A stretch of DNA of 58,614 bases, counting the filler, from Dugesia japonica (lineage: Eukaryota): the NCBI GenBank assembly GCA_001938525.1. It is 6 parts of 6 records of this genome, joined end to end, with 100 filler letters (N's around TTAATTAATTAA, not from the genome) between each part and the next. Parts side by side here need not be neighbours in the genome. Positions count along the whole stretch, not along the records: positions 17,263 to 28,175 come from MQRL01253929.1; positions 28,276 to 41,421 come from MQRL01647592.1; 4 more parts are not named here. The stretch is one strand, 5' to 3'. The notes under the pieces are model-generated. The model saw only the letters and a list, made by a program, of their open reading frames with translations. It was not told the DNA's origin and ran no database searches. A program made the position numbers and the translations under genes. Position 1 is the stretch's first letter. Each line of letters begins with the position of its first letter. Shown piece by piece: positions 26,481 through 39,600 of the stretch.

Positions 26481-28175
26481 AATGTAGTCAAACATAGAAA
26501 CGAAACGTGTTGTGAAAACCCACAAAAATTTTCAGTCGTCTTGTACAAAATTGCTTTATTCGTCAAAAAAAATTGAGTTGTGTTACTTTTCGAAAAAAAT
26601 AAATAAAAATAAAATGATATAATGTTCGATTTTAACATTGATTTATTCACTTACACCACAACACAAGCACGAAATTCGTTTTTTTTNNNNNNNNNNNNNN
26701 NNNNNTTTTTTTTTGAAATGGAGAAAAATCGATATTTTCATGTTGAAATTTTCTTTGAATAAATTTAATCCTTGTGTTGCGTAATCGTGTCAATTTTATT
26801 GATTTATTACATAATGTTCAACTTGATAGTTTATTATTACTCATTTAATTTTTTATTAATGTCAATTTTCTTTACTGAGTGTTTTGATATTATTATAATA
26901 TTTGGTCTTCGCGGTTTATGAAACAAATTATTTTGGTGAAAAATTATTAATATTCATTGATTTCACCCAATTTGTTTTTCATTGAAGATCAAATTCCATA
27001 GTTATTGAATAAAATAATTATCATTGAGTTGCATCAATTTTACCCAATTAACAAGTAACCAATTAATTCGGGTCAATGAGCGGTAATCTTATGAAACTCG
27101 ATTAATTAAATACTTTATTCTCACCTATCCATAATAATAATTAAGAATTTAACAATTTGAAATAAGAAATAAAATTAGTAATGACCCAACAGTTGTTATG
27201 CAACACAATGATTAAATGAAGTTGTAATCTTAACGATTATTAATTGATAAATGTCCATTATCTGATNGTAAACATTGGTTTTAGAAACCGAGCCTTTTAC
27301 TAACTTATTATTCCTTCAGAAAATTAACTGTTTTAGTTCTAAAATTAAGAGAGAAAGTAAATCGGTTAAAATTCATTTATTATAAGTGTTTAAAAACGTG
27401 TTTTAATAAACCTTGACTAAGAATTATATAAACTGGGAATTTCTCAAATTATTACAATAGTCATTTTCGGTTTTAGCTTTAATGAATCAGAATATATTAT
27501 AAATTTAAGGTTTTTTNNNNNNNNNNNNNNNNNNNNNNNNNNNNNNNNNNNNNNNNNNNNNNNNNNNNNNNNNNNNNNNNNNNNNNNNNNNNNNNNNNNN
27601 NNNNNNNNNNNTTTTTTTTATCAAAGATCGACTTTTTAAATTCAACTTCCTCGAGATCTGCTCATATACAAAGGATTTAGATCTTTACTTAGTTTAATTT
27701 CATTTTAAAATAAAAAGCAAAATTAATTATTATTTTCAAAAAGAAATGTATGAAAACCAAGATAATCTTAAACATTGATCGAGGTGAATATCAATTAAAG
27801 AATTTCTGATTTCCGATATAATAATATTCATGTCTGAAAAAGCGGATTCCGCCAAATATGTGGAACCGAAACAAGAAGTCGTTTTTTCTAGAAGTTTACA
27901 TTTTCAGTTTGTAGTAGAAGATCGACCAAAACTCGTGTCGCGATTTCCTGGTTGGGCAGCACTGCAATAGATCATTTTCGAAAATTTAGATGAATTTCCA
28001 TAATTAAAGTGAAGTTTTATTAGTTTGATGAAAATGAATAGATTTTTTTAAAAATTTTATTTTGACAGGTAAATTCATAAATTTGAGATTTTCTATTTTA
28101 AAAAAAGGTAAAATTGCAATTATTTCTCCAATTGAACAGAGATCCACTAGACTAAAAACTCTTAATTCGTGATTA

Positions 28176-28275
28176 NNNNNNNNNNNNNNNNNNNNNNNNN
28201 NNNNNNNNNNNNNNNNNNNTTAATTAATTAANNNNNNNNNNNNNNNNNNNNNNNNNNNNNNNNNNNNNNNNNNNN
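28176..28275. other. Artificial contig spacer
   Basis: 44N-TTAATTAATTAA-44N. Confidence 0.97.
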
Positions 28276-29100
28276 ATCATCCTATTGCGGTTCAAAAATA
28301 GCTAATTTAACTTTTAAAAATAAAACTTAAAGAGATTTCATGATTTTGAATGGTAAGAATACATTAAAAAGTTACGTAAACATGTTAGAAATGTCCAATC
28401 TTTTATTGTGGTTTGAAAATACCTAATTCGTCATAAATTTAAAGGGTTTCTAGGGTTTGGAATGGTTCACCATAAGGTTATGAAGTCATTCTAGAAATGT
28501 CTACCAACTCATTGAGGTTTGAATAATGTCCAATTTGTTATGTAAAAATTAAACTGAAGTGTTTCCATTCTTTCAATGGTCCGCCATAATTTTGTGAAAA
28601 CATTGTAACATTGGCTATCAACTCAGTTTGTTTCAAATGATACCTAATTTGTTATATAAAAAATAAATTTTGAAGGGTTTTCCAGTTTTCAATCGTTTTG
28701 AATCGCCTGCTGTAAGGTTACGTTATCATGATGAAACTTTCCACCATCATATTTCAATTCAAACGATATCTAATAATAAAATTTAAAGGGTTTCCATGGC
28801 TTGGAATGGTCCGTCATAAGGTTGGGAAATAGAATAGAAATGAACATTATTATATTACGGTTTAAAATATGCCTAATTGAACATGAAAATTTAAAAATTA
28901 AAGGGTTTTCATAGTTTCGAATTGTCCAATAGAAAGATTAAAGTAAAATGATATAAAAATTCATCAACTCATTGCAAATCAAACGATACCCATATTGATG
29001 TATAAAATAAAATTTTAAAGGGTCTTGAATGGTTCACCATAACATTTTGTAATGCTAGAAATAATAATCAACTCATTGCAAATCCGATGATATTCATATT
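28276..29100 (+). repeat. Diverged ~115-bp tandem repeat, about 7 units
   Basis: AAAGGGTTT..GAATGGT.C.CCATAAG anchor recurs at ~28329, 28441, 28557, 28672, 28785, 28900, 29017. Confidence 0.8.
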
Positions 29101-30459
29101 GACTAGTTAAATGATAACAGCAAAGCTGTAATAACAAGTAAAATTATGCACAGCAAATCTGTATCATCTAGTTCAAACTTACAACAGCAAAGCTATGGTG
29201 GCGACGGCTCAATCTTACCACAGCAAAACTGTGGTTACCATTTAGTTCATAGATACTTTACCAAAGCCGCAGTCATAAGTCAAAATTGTACAGCAGTCAA
29301 AATAAGCAGTCAAACATAGTACACCACCAGTCAAAACAAGCAGTCAAAAACAGTACACTATTAGTCAAAAATCAAAAAATATGTACGAAAACAGTAAACA
29401 AATAGTACACCAAACAGTCAGCCAAAAGTGGCTGACCGCGAGGGAGGTATGGTGTTATGCTCTACTATCTACCTACCATACAATAAATCAAATGAACACA
29501 TTAACCCTAATATGTTCATTAAAATAATAAACCAACTTTTGAAAATCCTTTAATGATTCACTAGTTTTGACTCTAAAGTCTCCCGAAAACATTATGATTT
29601 TCTAGTTTACTAATAAATTTAATTCAGTTAATTTATTATTTATTTTTTAAGTTAATTTACTAGTTTTGTCTGTTTTCAACCTGGCGATGTGCAGATGATT
29701 ATTTTCTACGAAGTTGATTCTGAAAATAAAAATGATAAGCAAAACAAATCATTCATTAAAAAATGCAAAAAACGAAAGTAAATAAACTTATTTGGCGCAC
29801 AGAAATATAAATGAATTTAATAATGCAAATTCAACCGATGAAGAAATGAAAGCTTCAGCTTTTACCAAGTAAAAATAGATGACACATTGAATAGAATAGC
29901 AAAAAACAGTGAGTTTTTAAGATAGGTGAGAAGAGAATTTCAGAAATGTTAAAAATGTAACTTTAAAAGAAAAATTATTAAAAAATTTATCCAAGACATA
30001 AACAATATGAAGAAGCAATTTATTTTAATTTATTTATTTAAGAAGCTGGAGAAACAATTAAAGATTTAATAATAAAAAATTACTTCAATAATTAAATGAA
30101 GAAAATGTGGCTGTATTAATGAATGAAAAAAGACTTAATACGACAGATGAAAAAGGGAACGCGAAACTATTAAATCATTTAAATAATACAAAGGAAAGAA
30201 TACAGAAAATTCGAAATTAAAAATGGAGATAAAAAGTGAATTATAAATAACATTTATATCGTAAGTTAATTATTTATTTAGCCTAATGGTAGAAAATTTA
30301 AAACGAAATTATGAATCGCAATATAAATATGAAGAAAAATAATAGTATTTATTCGTATTTTCTAAAAAATAATTAATGTATTAGTAATTGTTTACCTTAT
30401 TGTAAAATGTCTAAACTTGATTAAGATCATAATTTAGAATTATATCATACAATATTTAA

Positions 30460-31800
30460 AATGATTTATTAAAAATCTCGTCATCATCAGGAACAATTTC
30501 AAATTTAATGAAATAAAATTCGTTAGATATTTGTAATGCAAAATTATATTATAGAATAGAAATAGAGCCAAGAGAAAGATGAAACAACATTAGAAAATAA
30601 ATAGTTTCCTTCATTTAAATCATTAAAATTAACATTTGGATGAATAGAATTAATAAATAATCCAGGTCAAATTTCAACAAAATTAAATTTTGCATTAACA
30701 TCAGAAACATCTAAAAAAGAATATGGTCAATTAATAGGTTGGATTCCTGATGGAAATAAAGGTGACACAGATAAAGCCGGGAATATTATAATGTTTGTTA
30801 TTATAAAAGAAAAGAAATATATAATACAATAAATAAATTTGAGGGTTATTTCGAATAAAATTGATTTGGATTTATGCAAAATTATAATACATTATTATAT
30901 ATTTTTATTGAATTAATATGTAACAGACAAATGGATGATAAATTATTATTTTATGGTAAACTTGCAACAATGGAAAATTACAATTATTAGCTTTAGAATT
31001 AAACATTTCAGAATGGTTGTTAAATCCTAGAATGGAATTAATTTATTTAGAAAGAATGTAGTTTGATATACCAATAGGATAAGTTTTTCAAATAGAATAA
31101 CATCAGTAACAATAATGGAAGCAGGAACTCATTATTCTTTAAAAATAGATAATTTAGCATATAAACCGCGATATATTTTTATGAGGAAATAATTATTATT
31201 TAATAGTTTTGAGGCAATAGAAATTGAGTTAATTCTGGATAAAGATTTTTAAAATACTATTCAATAATCATTTTTTATATTAAATATAGTTTGTAGTAGT
31301 AAAATAAAAAATGTCTAACAATGATTCATTCTGATTTTCAAAATGAATCAACAATTGAAGATTTATTTAACAATTTTAACAGTAATAGAAGATCCAGAAA
31401 TTTTATTTACAAAAAACAATAATTTATTTATTCAAAAAGTTGGTGATAAGAATTGAAAAAGATTCAAATCTAATTAAATAATACATATTACCCAATAAAT
31501 AGAATGAAATTTGATATTGAAACAATTGAAATGATATTTCCATATTTAACATATATTAATTGTAAAGAATTTAATCAATCGCCCAAATTATCCTTAAATG
31601 ATTTTGTAAATTTATATCCTGTATTTTGTATGGATGTTAGCGCACAAGATGATAAATTAAATACTAATAATGTAGATATAACTTTACATATAACAAAAAT
31701 AGGGATTTTAAGGGAATAAAAATATATTGAAATGAGAATTGCAGATTGTAAAATCAATTTGATAGAAACTATCAGAGGACAGAATATTCAATAACTTAGT
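30460..31800 (+). mobile_element. Decayed Polinton/Maverick (adintovirus-like) double-jelly-roll major capsid gene
   Basis: Collinear fragments TTLENK*FPSFKSLKLTFG*IELINNPGQISTKL..GWIPD, KIDNLAYKPRYIF, YYPINRMKFD and FVNLYPVFCMDVSAQDDKL...VDITLHI resemble conserved Polinton MCP blocks; no introns, many stops and frameshifts. Confidence 0.62.
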
Positions 31801-33109
31801 AAACTTTGCATTACAATAAATAAAACAAATAAAAATAATTATCCATATTTCTACTTTTTCTATCTTGATCCACTTGTGACACCAAGTTTGGATATCACTG
31901 ATGAAGACCGAAGCAAAATCTTCCTAAGCGAGTATATTTAATTACGTAAAAGCCTTTTGTGACCTTCTAAGAATGAACGTCAAGTGAATTTTCTTAGGAT
32001 TAGAATCATTTTTATTCCACGTTTGTTTTATTTAATAATTAATCGTTGAACAGTTTTCATATTACAGTTATTTATTTATTACTTTACTTTCACAATTGTC
32101 TTATAACAGAATGATAACAAATACAGTATTTCCTCTTCACACTTAAACCATCTCGAATTTGGTATACTCTTACACAAAAATTAAGCTTCATTAGATTTAC
32201 TTGCCCATGAAGATTGTTCGATGATAAAACAAGATAACTTGACAGGACTATAAAAATCGGATCTACCATCATCAGTGTCAAATAGACAGATTCTAGGGCT
32301 AATTGTCNAAATATTCTCGTATTTTTAATGTAGAAGAAAAAAAAGAAATATTTCTATTAAAATAAAGTTTAATATTAAGATCGACAATATTATTATTACT
32401 ATAAATAATAAACAATATTGTTTCTCAAAAATTCAATAACATCGTGATTCAAAAACAATTAAAAATAAGTAAATTACAACATCAAAAAATTCTTAAGGGT
32501 ACCTACACAAAAATTGATATTATCATATAGAAATCACGACATCATTATTACATTTCTAACATGTTGAGTTTATAACGTCTGATTGTTGTCTACTGACTTG
32601 AAGCAATTGCACGGTTTTTAATCTTTAAAAAAATTAGAAAAGTTGAATATACACACATAGAAATATCTACTTATAATATGTAGCAATGATGCCTCAAGAA
32701 AAACTTTCACTTGACACAACACAAAACAATACTATTGTAGTCTAATATGAAGCAATTTTTCAGGATAAAAGTTCAAAACATTATTTTAAAAACTTAATGA
32801 ATTCTGTAAAACACAACTGTAGGTAAACAATTAGAATAATTAACTTTACATTGAAAATATGAAAGATAAAATCGCTTTAATAAATGATTTTTCGTTTTGT
32901 ATAAAAATAAACTATAATTAATATATCATTTAGTTTAAATAATCACTTTAAAGGCAAATTACAAATTTCAGATTTATTTAATAATCATTAAATATTTTAA
33001 AAAATTGAAATACTTTTTTATATCTAATTTTAATTACTTTTTTTGAATTTCAAAGCATTTTTTTAAAATTTGTTCATATTAATAAAGTGTATAAGCAATA
33101 TTTTAAATA

Positions 33110-35477
33110 ATGAATGAAATATTTGAATTTCAATTTGAAGATGATATTTTTGATAATGTAGTGAATGAAAAGATTATTTGTAAAACTAAAAGTGATTTGA
33201 ATATTAAAAATGAATTAGTAATCAGTGGTTTTGTTTATTAATTATTATTGAGATTAGTGGTTTCTAGATAAATCTTCAAGCTGTGATGATTACGAAAATA
33301 TTTTAAAATATCAGATGAATTATTTCTATTTTACTAAATCATATGAAAATTGTTATTCTAAAGCAAAAGAATTGTTTAGTAATAATTTTTATAAAACTTT
33401 TATTTAATTCATTGAAATAAGATTTTTTAACGGGTAATAATTCGGTGGAGAAAAGAAATTCTTTAGAATTCATGTTGTATAGTGGAATAAAGATTGGAAA
33501 TTTCGATGATTGTTTCGAATTGCTTGCAAATTTGGTTGGAGTTTTTTTTTTAATTGAAATCTTAGTTTTATTGAGCAATATAGCAACAATACATTTCGAT
33601 CTCGGACAATTTGGTGTCGTACCTGGTGATATGCGAGCAACTCTATTTGGCGATGAATGATTTCTGCAGTAAATTATTATTTGTTTACATTTGAAATAAA
33701 TTTTAATAATAAAATTAAATAATCAATAAAAAGTTTATCGTCTCAATCGATTAATGTGACGTAATAAAATATCTTCTGACATTTGTAGAGAGTCAAAAAA
33801 TGCAAGGAGAAAAATTTAACCGAATTTAGACAAAGTTTTGTCGAGCTAATCTAGGGGGAACCGAGAGGGTGATGAAACCAAGGCAAACTAGTAAATCATT
33901 TCCATTTTCGCTATTTTGGGGGAATTTTGGATTTTGTAAATAAATAAAATCACAAACAAACACTTTTTTTGATTTTTCAGATTTTTTAAAAAATATTTCT
34001 TAAGAATCTTTTAAATATTTTTTCAAACCTTGAAAAAATTAATTTATTATTTTTTTCTAAATTTTTTAGAATTTTTTTCAAGATTTTTCTAAATTTTCCT
34101 AGAATTTTTAATGTTTTTTAGATAATATAAGATTTTAAAAAATTTTTTCAAACAATTTTTTTAACTTTTTTGAAATTTTTAAAGGTTTTTTTAGATTTTT
34201 TAAAAATTTTTTTTCAAGTATTTTATTCTTGTTAATTAATTTTTCTTTAGTGAAGTAGTTGATTTTTCCTTCTTAATTGCTCTGCGTTGCTTCTTTTTCA
34301 AATTTTCTTTTCTCTTCAAATTTTTTCATTTACAGAAAAGATTATTTCAATCGAAACCTAAAATTACAAGAAATTATCGTAATTTTAAAAAAAGTGAAAT
34401 TTTTTTCAGAATAAGTATGAAAAAAATATTTTAAATAGTGAAAACAAAAGTAAGAAAATTAAGCAAAAAAAAAATTTTTATAAAGTAAAAATTTTAAAAT
34501 TACAAAAATATCATATTTTTCTGTCAAATCTGTCGTTAAAATTGATTATTTATCGATTTATTATTTATCGATTTATTATTTATCGATTTATTATTTATCG
34601 ATTTATTATTTATCGATTNNNNNNNNNNNNNNNNNNNNNNNNNNNNNNNNNNNNNNNNNNNNNNNNNNGATTTATTATTTATCGATTTATTATTTATCGA
34701 TTTATTATTTATCGATTTATTAATTATGGATTTATTATTTATCGATTTATTATTTATCGATTTATTATTTATCGATTTATTATTTATCGATTTATTATTT
34801 ATCGATTTATTATTTATCGATTTATTATTTATCTATTTATTAATTATGGATTTATTATTTATCGATTTATTATTTATCGATTTATTATTTATCGATTTAT
34901 TATTTATCGATTTTATTGATTTATTATTTATTGATTTATTATGGCGCATCTTTATCCACATTATATATTTATTGTAACATGGAGTATATTTTCTATAATG
35001 TTTTGTTACCAGAATTAGTGGCCATTTACAAGCGTCTTCTCTTATTAATTCCGTCTAGCGGGCGCTATTGGAACGCATTAAAAGGTCTGCTTGACAACCC
35101 CTCCCTGGAAGGAGTATTTAATGACGATTGTCGATTAGTTATACCTCTGCTGACCAATGTTGCGATGTTGACAATTGAAGGATCAGTAAGGAAACATTAA
35201 TAATAATTACTTATTTCTTCATTTCTCCTCTCAACCATTTCCAGAAAACCAATGAGCATTTCATCACCGCAGTAATTTCTCATTTTGCATCTCTCTGATA
35301 ACATCATCTTATTATTTGTCTCGCTAGATCTTCGCAGATATCACCAAGATCATTTCACAATCGATTATCGATGATGTACGCAACCCAAGATTTGTTGGAC
35401 TCGAGGACTTCAGCGAGTCGGATCAATTATTCCAACAACTCTTCGTTGATTGTGCCAAATTTTGTTATAATAAATAA
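33110..35477 (+). CDS. C8orf76: C8orf76-like TPR-fold protein, 7 exons, 258 aa
   Basis: Exons 33110-33217, 33258-33378, 33422-33534, 33584-33668, 35013-35185, 35245-35271, 35328-35477 total 777 nt, all GT-AG and in phase. FEDDIFD..WFLDKSSSCDD..NSVEKRNSLE..G..DCFELLANL..DNLVSYL..KRLLLLIPSSGRYWNAL aligns by eye with C8orf76 (FEDSVFE..WFYEETESSDD..NFAMKRDVQE..EIAANL..DHLTTVL..QKLISLHPFNPWNW). Confidence 0.78.
34545..34942 (+). repeat. 15-bp minisatellite (GATTTATTATTTATC)n in intron 4 of the C8orf76-like gene
   Basis: Visible directly; explains the FIIYR and DLLFI ORFs. Confidence 0.95.
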
Positions 35478-36074
35478 ATAATTTTTATCGGGAATTTACT
35501 TTTCCCTTTGATGTTATCTTTCTAGTGAAAATTTAATTGATTTCAACCATTCGTGTGCGTGTGTGTGCAAGTGCGATCTTAGATGACTAACAAGCAGCTA
35601 AACAAATGTGGCCTGTGATGTCTTGTAAAAATTATTTTGTCTAATTTTTCTTGAGGATATAAATAAAACACAATTAACAAGATTTATTTGATAATTTATT
35701 TTGTGTTGTTTTCATAATTTAGGATCTGGTTAAACTAAAAAGATGTCAATTCAATATGCAAATATTGGAAATCAGTCCAGAGGACAAGACAATCTTTTGT
35801 CAAGAATTGATAATATGTTGAAAATAGATATACGAGTGATAAAAAGTACTTGATAAATGTAATATTCAAAGGATTAAAAAGATATAACAATACAATTAGC
35901 TCTATTTTGAAAATAAAAACTGTTCAAGATTTTAATTAATAAATGTTTTAAACCCTATTTTGTTTATTTCTTTTCATTAGTTATATACTACTTGGTTAAA
36001 TTTTATTAATGAGATAAATAAAATACACAATTCAAACTAACAAGATTTATTAAATATCGCATTATTTGTAGTTT

Positions 36075-36482
36075 TCATGCATATGTATTGCACTGTTCAA
36101 ATCTGACAATACTATAAACTTGATTTTGATAATATAAACTCTTGAGACCAAGTATTACAACTTTTCCACTAGCAAATACATTAACACATGTAGGATTGTA
36201 TTTAGTAAATCTCAATGCTGGAAATAATTCGGGTTCATTCATACACTTGGTTATTTTTGATAATGTTTACAAATTAACGGATTGTTAAAAAATTAACTAC
36301 AATAGTTAACGATTGTAATTGAATGTTTTAATATCATTCTATAAATGTTTCATTGCTATTGGTTTCTTGCACTTTCCATTTTTATCAATGATTTGTGATG
36401 GTTTACCGATAGGAAAATTCATTTTACTGGTGATTTCTTGAGATAACTGTCCTTTATAATTAATATTAGTAATTATTTGTAT
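36075..36482 (-). pseudogene. Compact intronless TBP-like pseudogene, probably virus/Polinton-derived
   Basis: ITNINYKG..KPSQIIDKNG..CKKPI..IQLQSLTIVVNF..VNL*TLSK..CMNEPELFPALRFTKYNPTCVNVFASGKVVILGLKS. The last block matches TBP repeat 2 (YEPELFPGL..IF.SGKVVL.GAK). Stops and two frameshifts. Confidence 0.75.
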
Positions 36483-36566
36483 TATTAATAGCTTTGAAAT
36501 ATGTACCTTATTGTAAATAATTCGTTTAAACAATATAAACAAGGTTCTAAATTATTAATTTTTAAA

Positions 36567-36683
36567 ATGAATAAATTAAGAAATGATGCTTTATATCAAA
36601 TTTTTGGTCCTAAGTGTAGTAGAAAAGCACTGTTTATATGCGAATTATTGAAATCCAATTTATTTAAATCAAAATTCAAAAAA
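36567..36683 (+). pseudogene. N-terminal fragment of an A32/FtsK-like packaging ATPase (Polinton-like)
   Basis: MNKLRNDALYQIFGPKCSRKALFICELLKSNLFKSKF: hydrophobic strand plus degenerate Walker A (GP..S[G>R]K) near the N-terminus; truncated by Gypsy sequence. Confidence 0.45.
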
Positions 36684-39600
36684 TGGACAAAAAAATGTGA
36701 GTATAGTTTTCAATTTTTGAAGATAAAATTGTGTAGTGCTCCGATTTTGACTTTCCCAAATAATTGGGGCGAAATGATATTGGGTACTGATGCTAGTTTT
36801 TGAGCAATTGGATAAGTTTTGAGTCAAATAACGGATAAGGGATTGGAACAGACCATAGCATATGGTTCTCAAAATTTAAACAACTACGAAAAAGGATATT
36901 GCGTTACTTGTATTGCATATATGTTTTCGTTGTGGTTCAATAAGATATTTATGCAGTAATTGTCCTCTAAAAGATTGCTGTTTAATTTGTGGAAAATCCT
37001 GACATAATTTTAGAAGTTGTAGAATGCTTAGGAAATATCACCACAGAAACGATGTTAGATGTATTGCAGATAAAACTAATGAAAAAAATGCAATAGATGT
37101 AATTTGCGATGAATTAGATGAAATAGCACACGATGTAAACATTTAAACGATAAGGACTTCACTGTTCCAACTTTGTCTGTAAGAAAAAATCAAAATCAAA
37201 ATTTAAACGTAGATGATGAGATATATGTGAAAAGCGATGGAAGAATATGGAGCGTGGTTAAAGTAAATTGTAGAGGTGTGGATATATTATAGGACACAGG
37301 AGCATCGATTTCAGTAATGGATGTGAATTCTTGGAAAATATGTGGTTCGTTTCCATTGAAAAATTCGGAAATAAAATTGAGTGGAGTCTTTTTTAACAAA
37401 GTCAGTAAATGTTTAGGCTTTGAAAAAGTGAAAATTGAGGGCAATAATATGAACGAAACTGTCAACTTGGTAGTTGTTTAAACCCAGAGTTCATTGGGAC
37501 AATGGACATGTTCAAAGTCTTTAATATTCAATTAAATATGATTAGATTAATTGAGTCAGATAATGTAATGTGTGATGTTTCTGCTGAGAATCGTTTACGA
37601 GTCACAATGGACATTTTCAGACCAAGAGGTGACACTTTAAAAAAAATTGTTAAAGCGTTTATCCTCGATATTCATGGCGCATATGTTTGACCTGGGAAAA
37701 GCCTATCTAGTTAAATTTCCAATAAAAACAACGGGAAATCCTATCTTACAGCAGTCAAAACGGCAACTGATGTATCTAGAATGTAAGATTGATGAGATGA
37801 TTGAAACATTTGTCAAAATCAGCATTATAAAATCATGCAATGGCCCGCGGAACTCACCTATGGTGATTGTTAACAAAACAATGGAGTTATTCGTATGTAT
37901 TAGAATTTTAGATAATTGAATGAAGCAACTGATAAATTTTCGTTTCCTATGCTATATCCTTTAATGTTATTTGACCATCTTAGTGAGTGTACCATATTCT
38001 CAACATTAGATTTAGGTCAAACATATTATCAAGTCGAACTAGAAAACGATGATAAAATTAAAATCGCTTTTTTTACAAAGAAAGGCCAGTACTATTATAA
38101 TCGCATGTCATTCAGCCTATCAACCGCTCTACATGAGTTTATTATGTATTTTAAGCGCTATTTGTATGGCATGAAATTTAGAGCAAGAACGGATCATAAA
38201 GCATTGACTTTTATGACGAAGACTAGTAAGCCTATTAGTTCTCAGTTTCAAACATGGATAACAAACCTAGCAGAATTTAATTTTGAACTAGAATTCCAAA
38301 AAGGAGCAGGTCATGGAAATGCTAATAGACTTTCAAGGATAGGAGAGAGTCTTTGTTCGCAATATCAGACTATACACCAAGATGCCAAAGGGGAACGATC
38401 TCGAGTTAAAAGAATCAACACTTTAGACAAAGCAAACTTTGATAGAAGCCATTTTAAAGAAGTACAGAGAAATGATCCAATAGCGAGAGAAATCATTGAA
38501 TATATTGAAAGTGGAATGATAAATAATAAGCTGAGCGCAATTGAGACCAAAAGTAAATATTTTTCTAAACTGGAAAAGTTTAAGTTGGATGATGAGATAC
38601 TGATTATCGATGAAGGATACAAGAAAAGAATTGTATTGGCAAGAAAATCGATATCTGACCTTATAAATTTTATACATTATGAATTATGTCATGTGGAAGA
38701 CCAAAAACTGATGGAGTAGTTGAGTGTAAGTTTATTTTGGCCAAATATTCAAAAAATATAGAACATCAACTAAAAAAATGTATGATATGTAACATGCGTA
38801 AAACATACACTGGGTGAACAAAGGAATTTCATATTTCAAGAACAGAATTTGGACTACTAGAAGAGGTTATCATAAATATCGCTTACTTTCCAGAAGTGAA
38901 AACCAAAAAGAAATATGTTCTCGTCATGGTTGACAGGTATAGTAAGTTAGTGTCATTCGTAGCGTTAAGTAAACAGAATTAAACTTCGGTAATTGAGGCA
39001 ATAAAGGAAAATTGGATATATCGTTTTGGTAAGCCAAAATCATTTTTGATCGACAGAGCAAAAATATTTGAAGGAAAGTTAATGCGGTCACTTCCAGAGA
39101 AGTTTGAGATTCAACAAGAATTTTCGTCCCTATATCAACATCAATCAAATGGTTTAGCAGAAAGAAATATTAAAACACTTCGAGATATGATGCTAACAAC
39201 GAGAAAGAACAGCTGCACAAAATCAGGTTGAGACAAATTACTTCCACGAATTTAGTTTGTAATAAATGAAACACAACAAAAATCGACAGGTCTATCACCT
39301 TTTGAAATTATTTTAGGAAGAAGAATAGTCTTACACTAATTACCACAAGAAAGAAATCCGAAACACGAAGAAATGAAAAACTGGCAGATGAAAATTTACA
39401 GAAATCAACTCAAAACTTAAGCAAATACGAATGTGAAAAACGAACGTCCAGACATTTTGAAGAAGGGGAAAAATATTAGTGAAATTAGAACCACTTAAGT
39501 TAAAGAAAGAAGGTTTCAGGTATGAAGGTCCTGGCAAAATTAGTAAATTTATAAGCCCGCGNNNNNNNNNNNNNNNNNNNNNNNGACAGCTTAAACCGAG

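Noticed and set aside
28276-29100. CRISPR-like array
   Set aside because: Eukaryotic context, no conserved repeat with unique spacers, no cas genes; whole units are homologous.
34542-34977. FIIYR / DLLFI repeat proteins
   Set aside because: Reading frames of an intronic 15-bp minisatellite.
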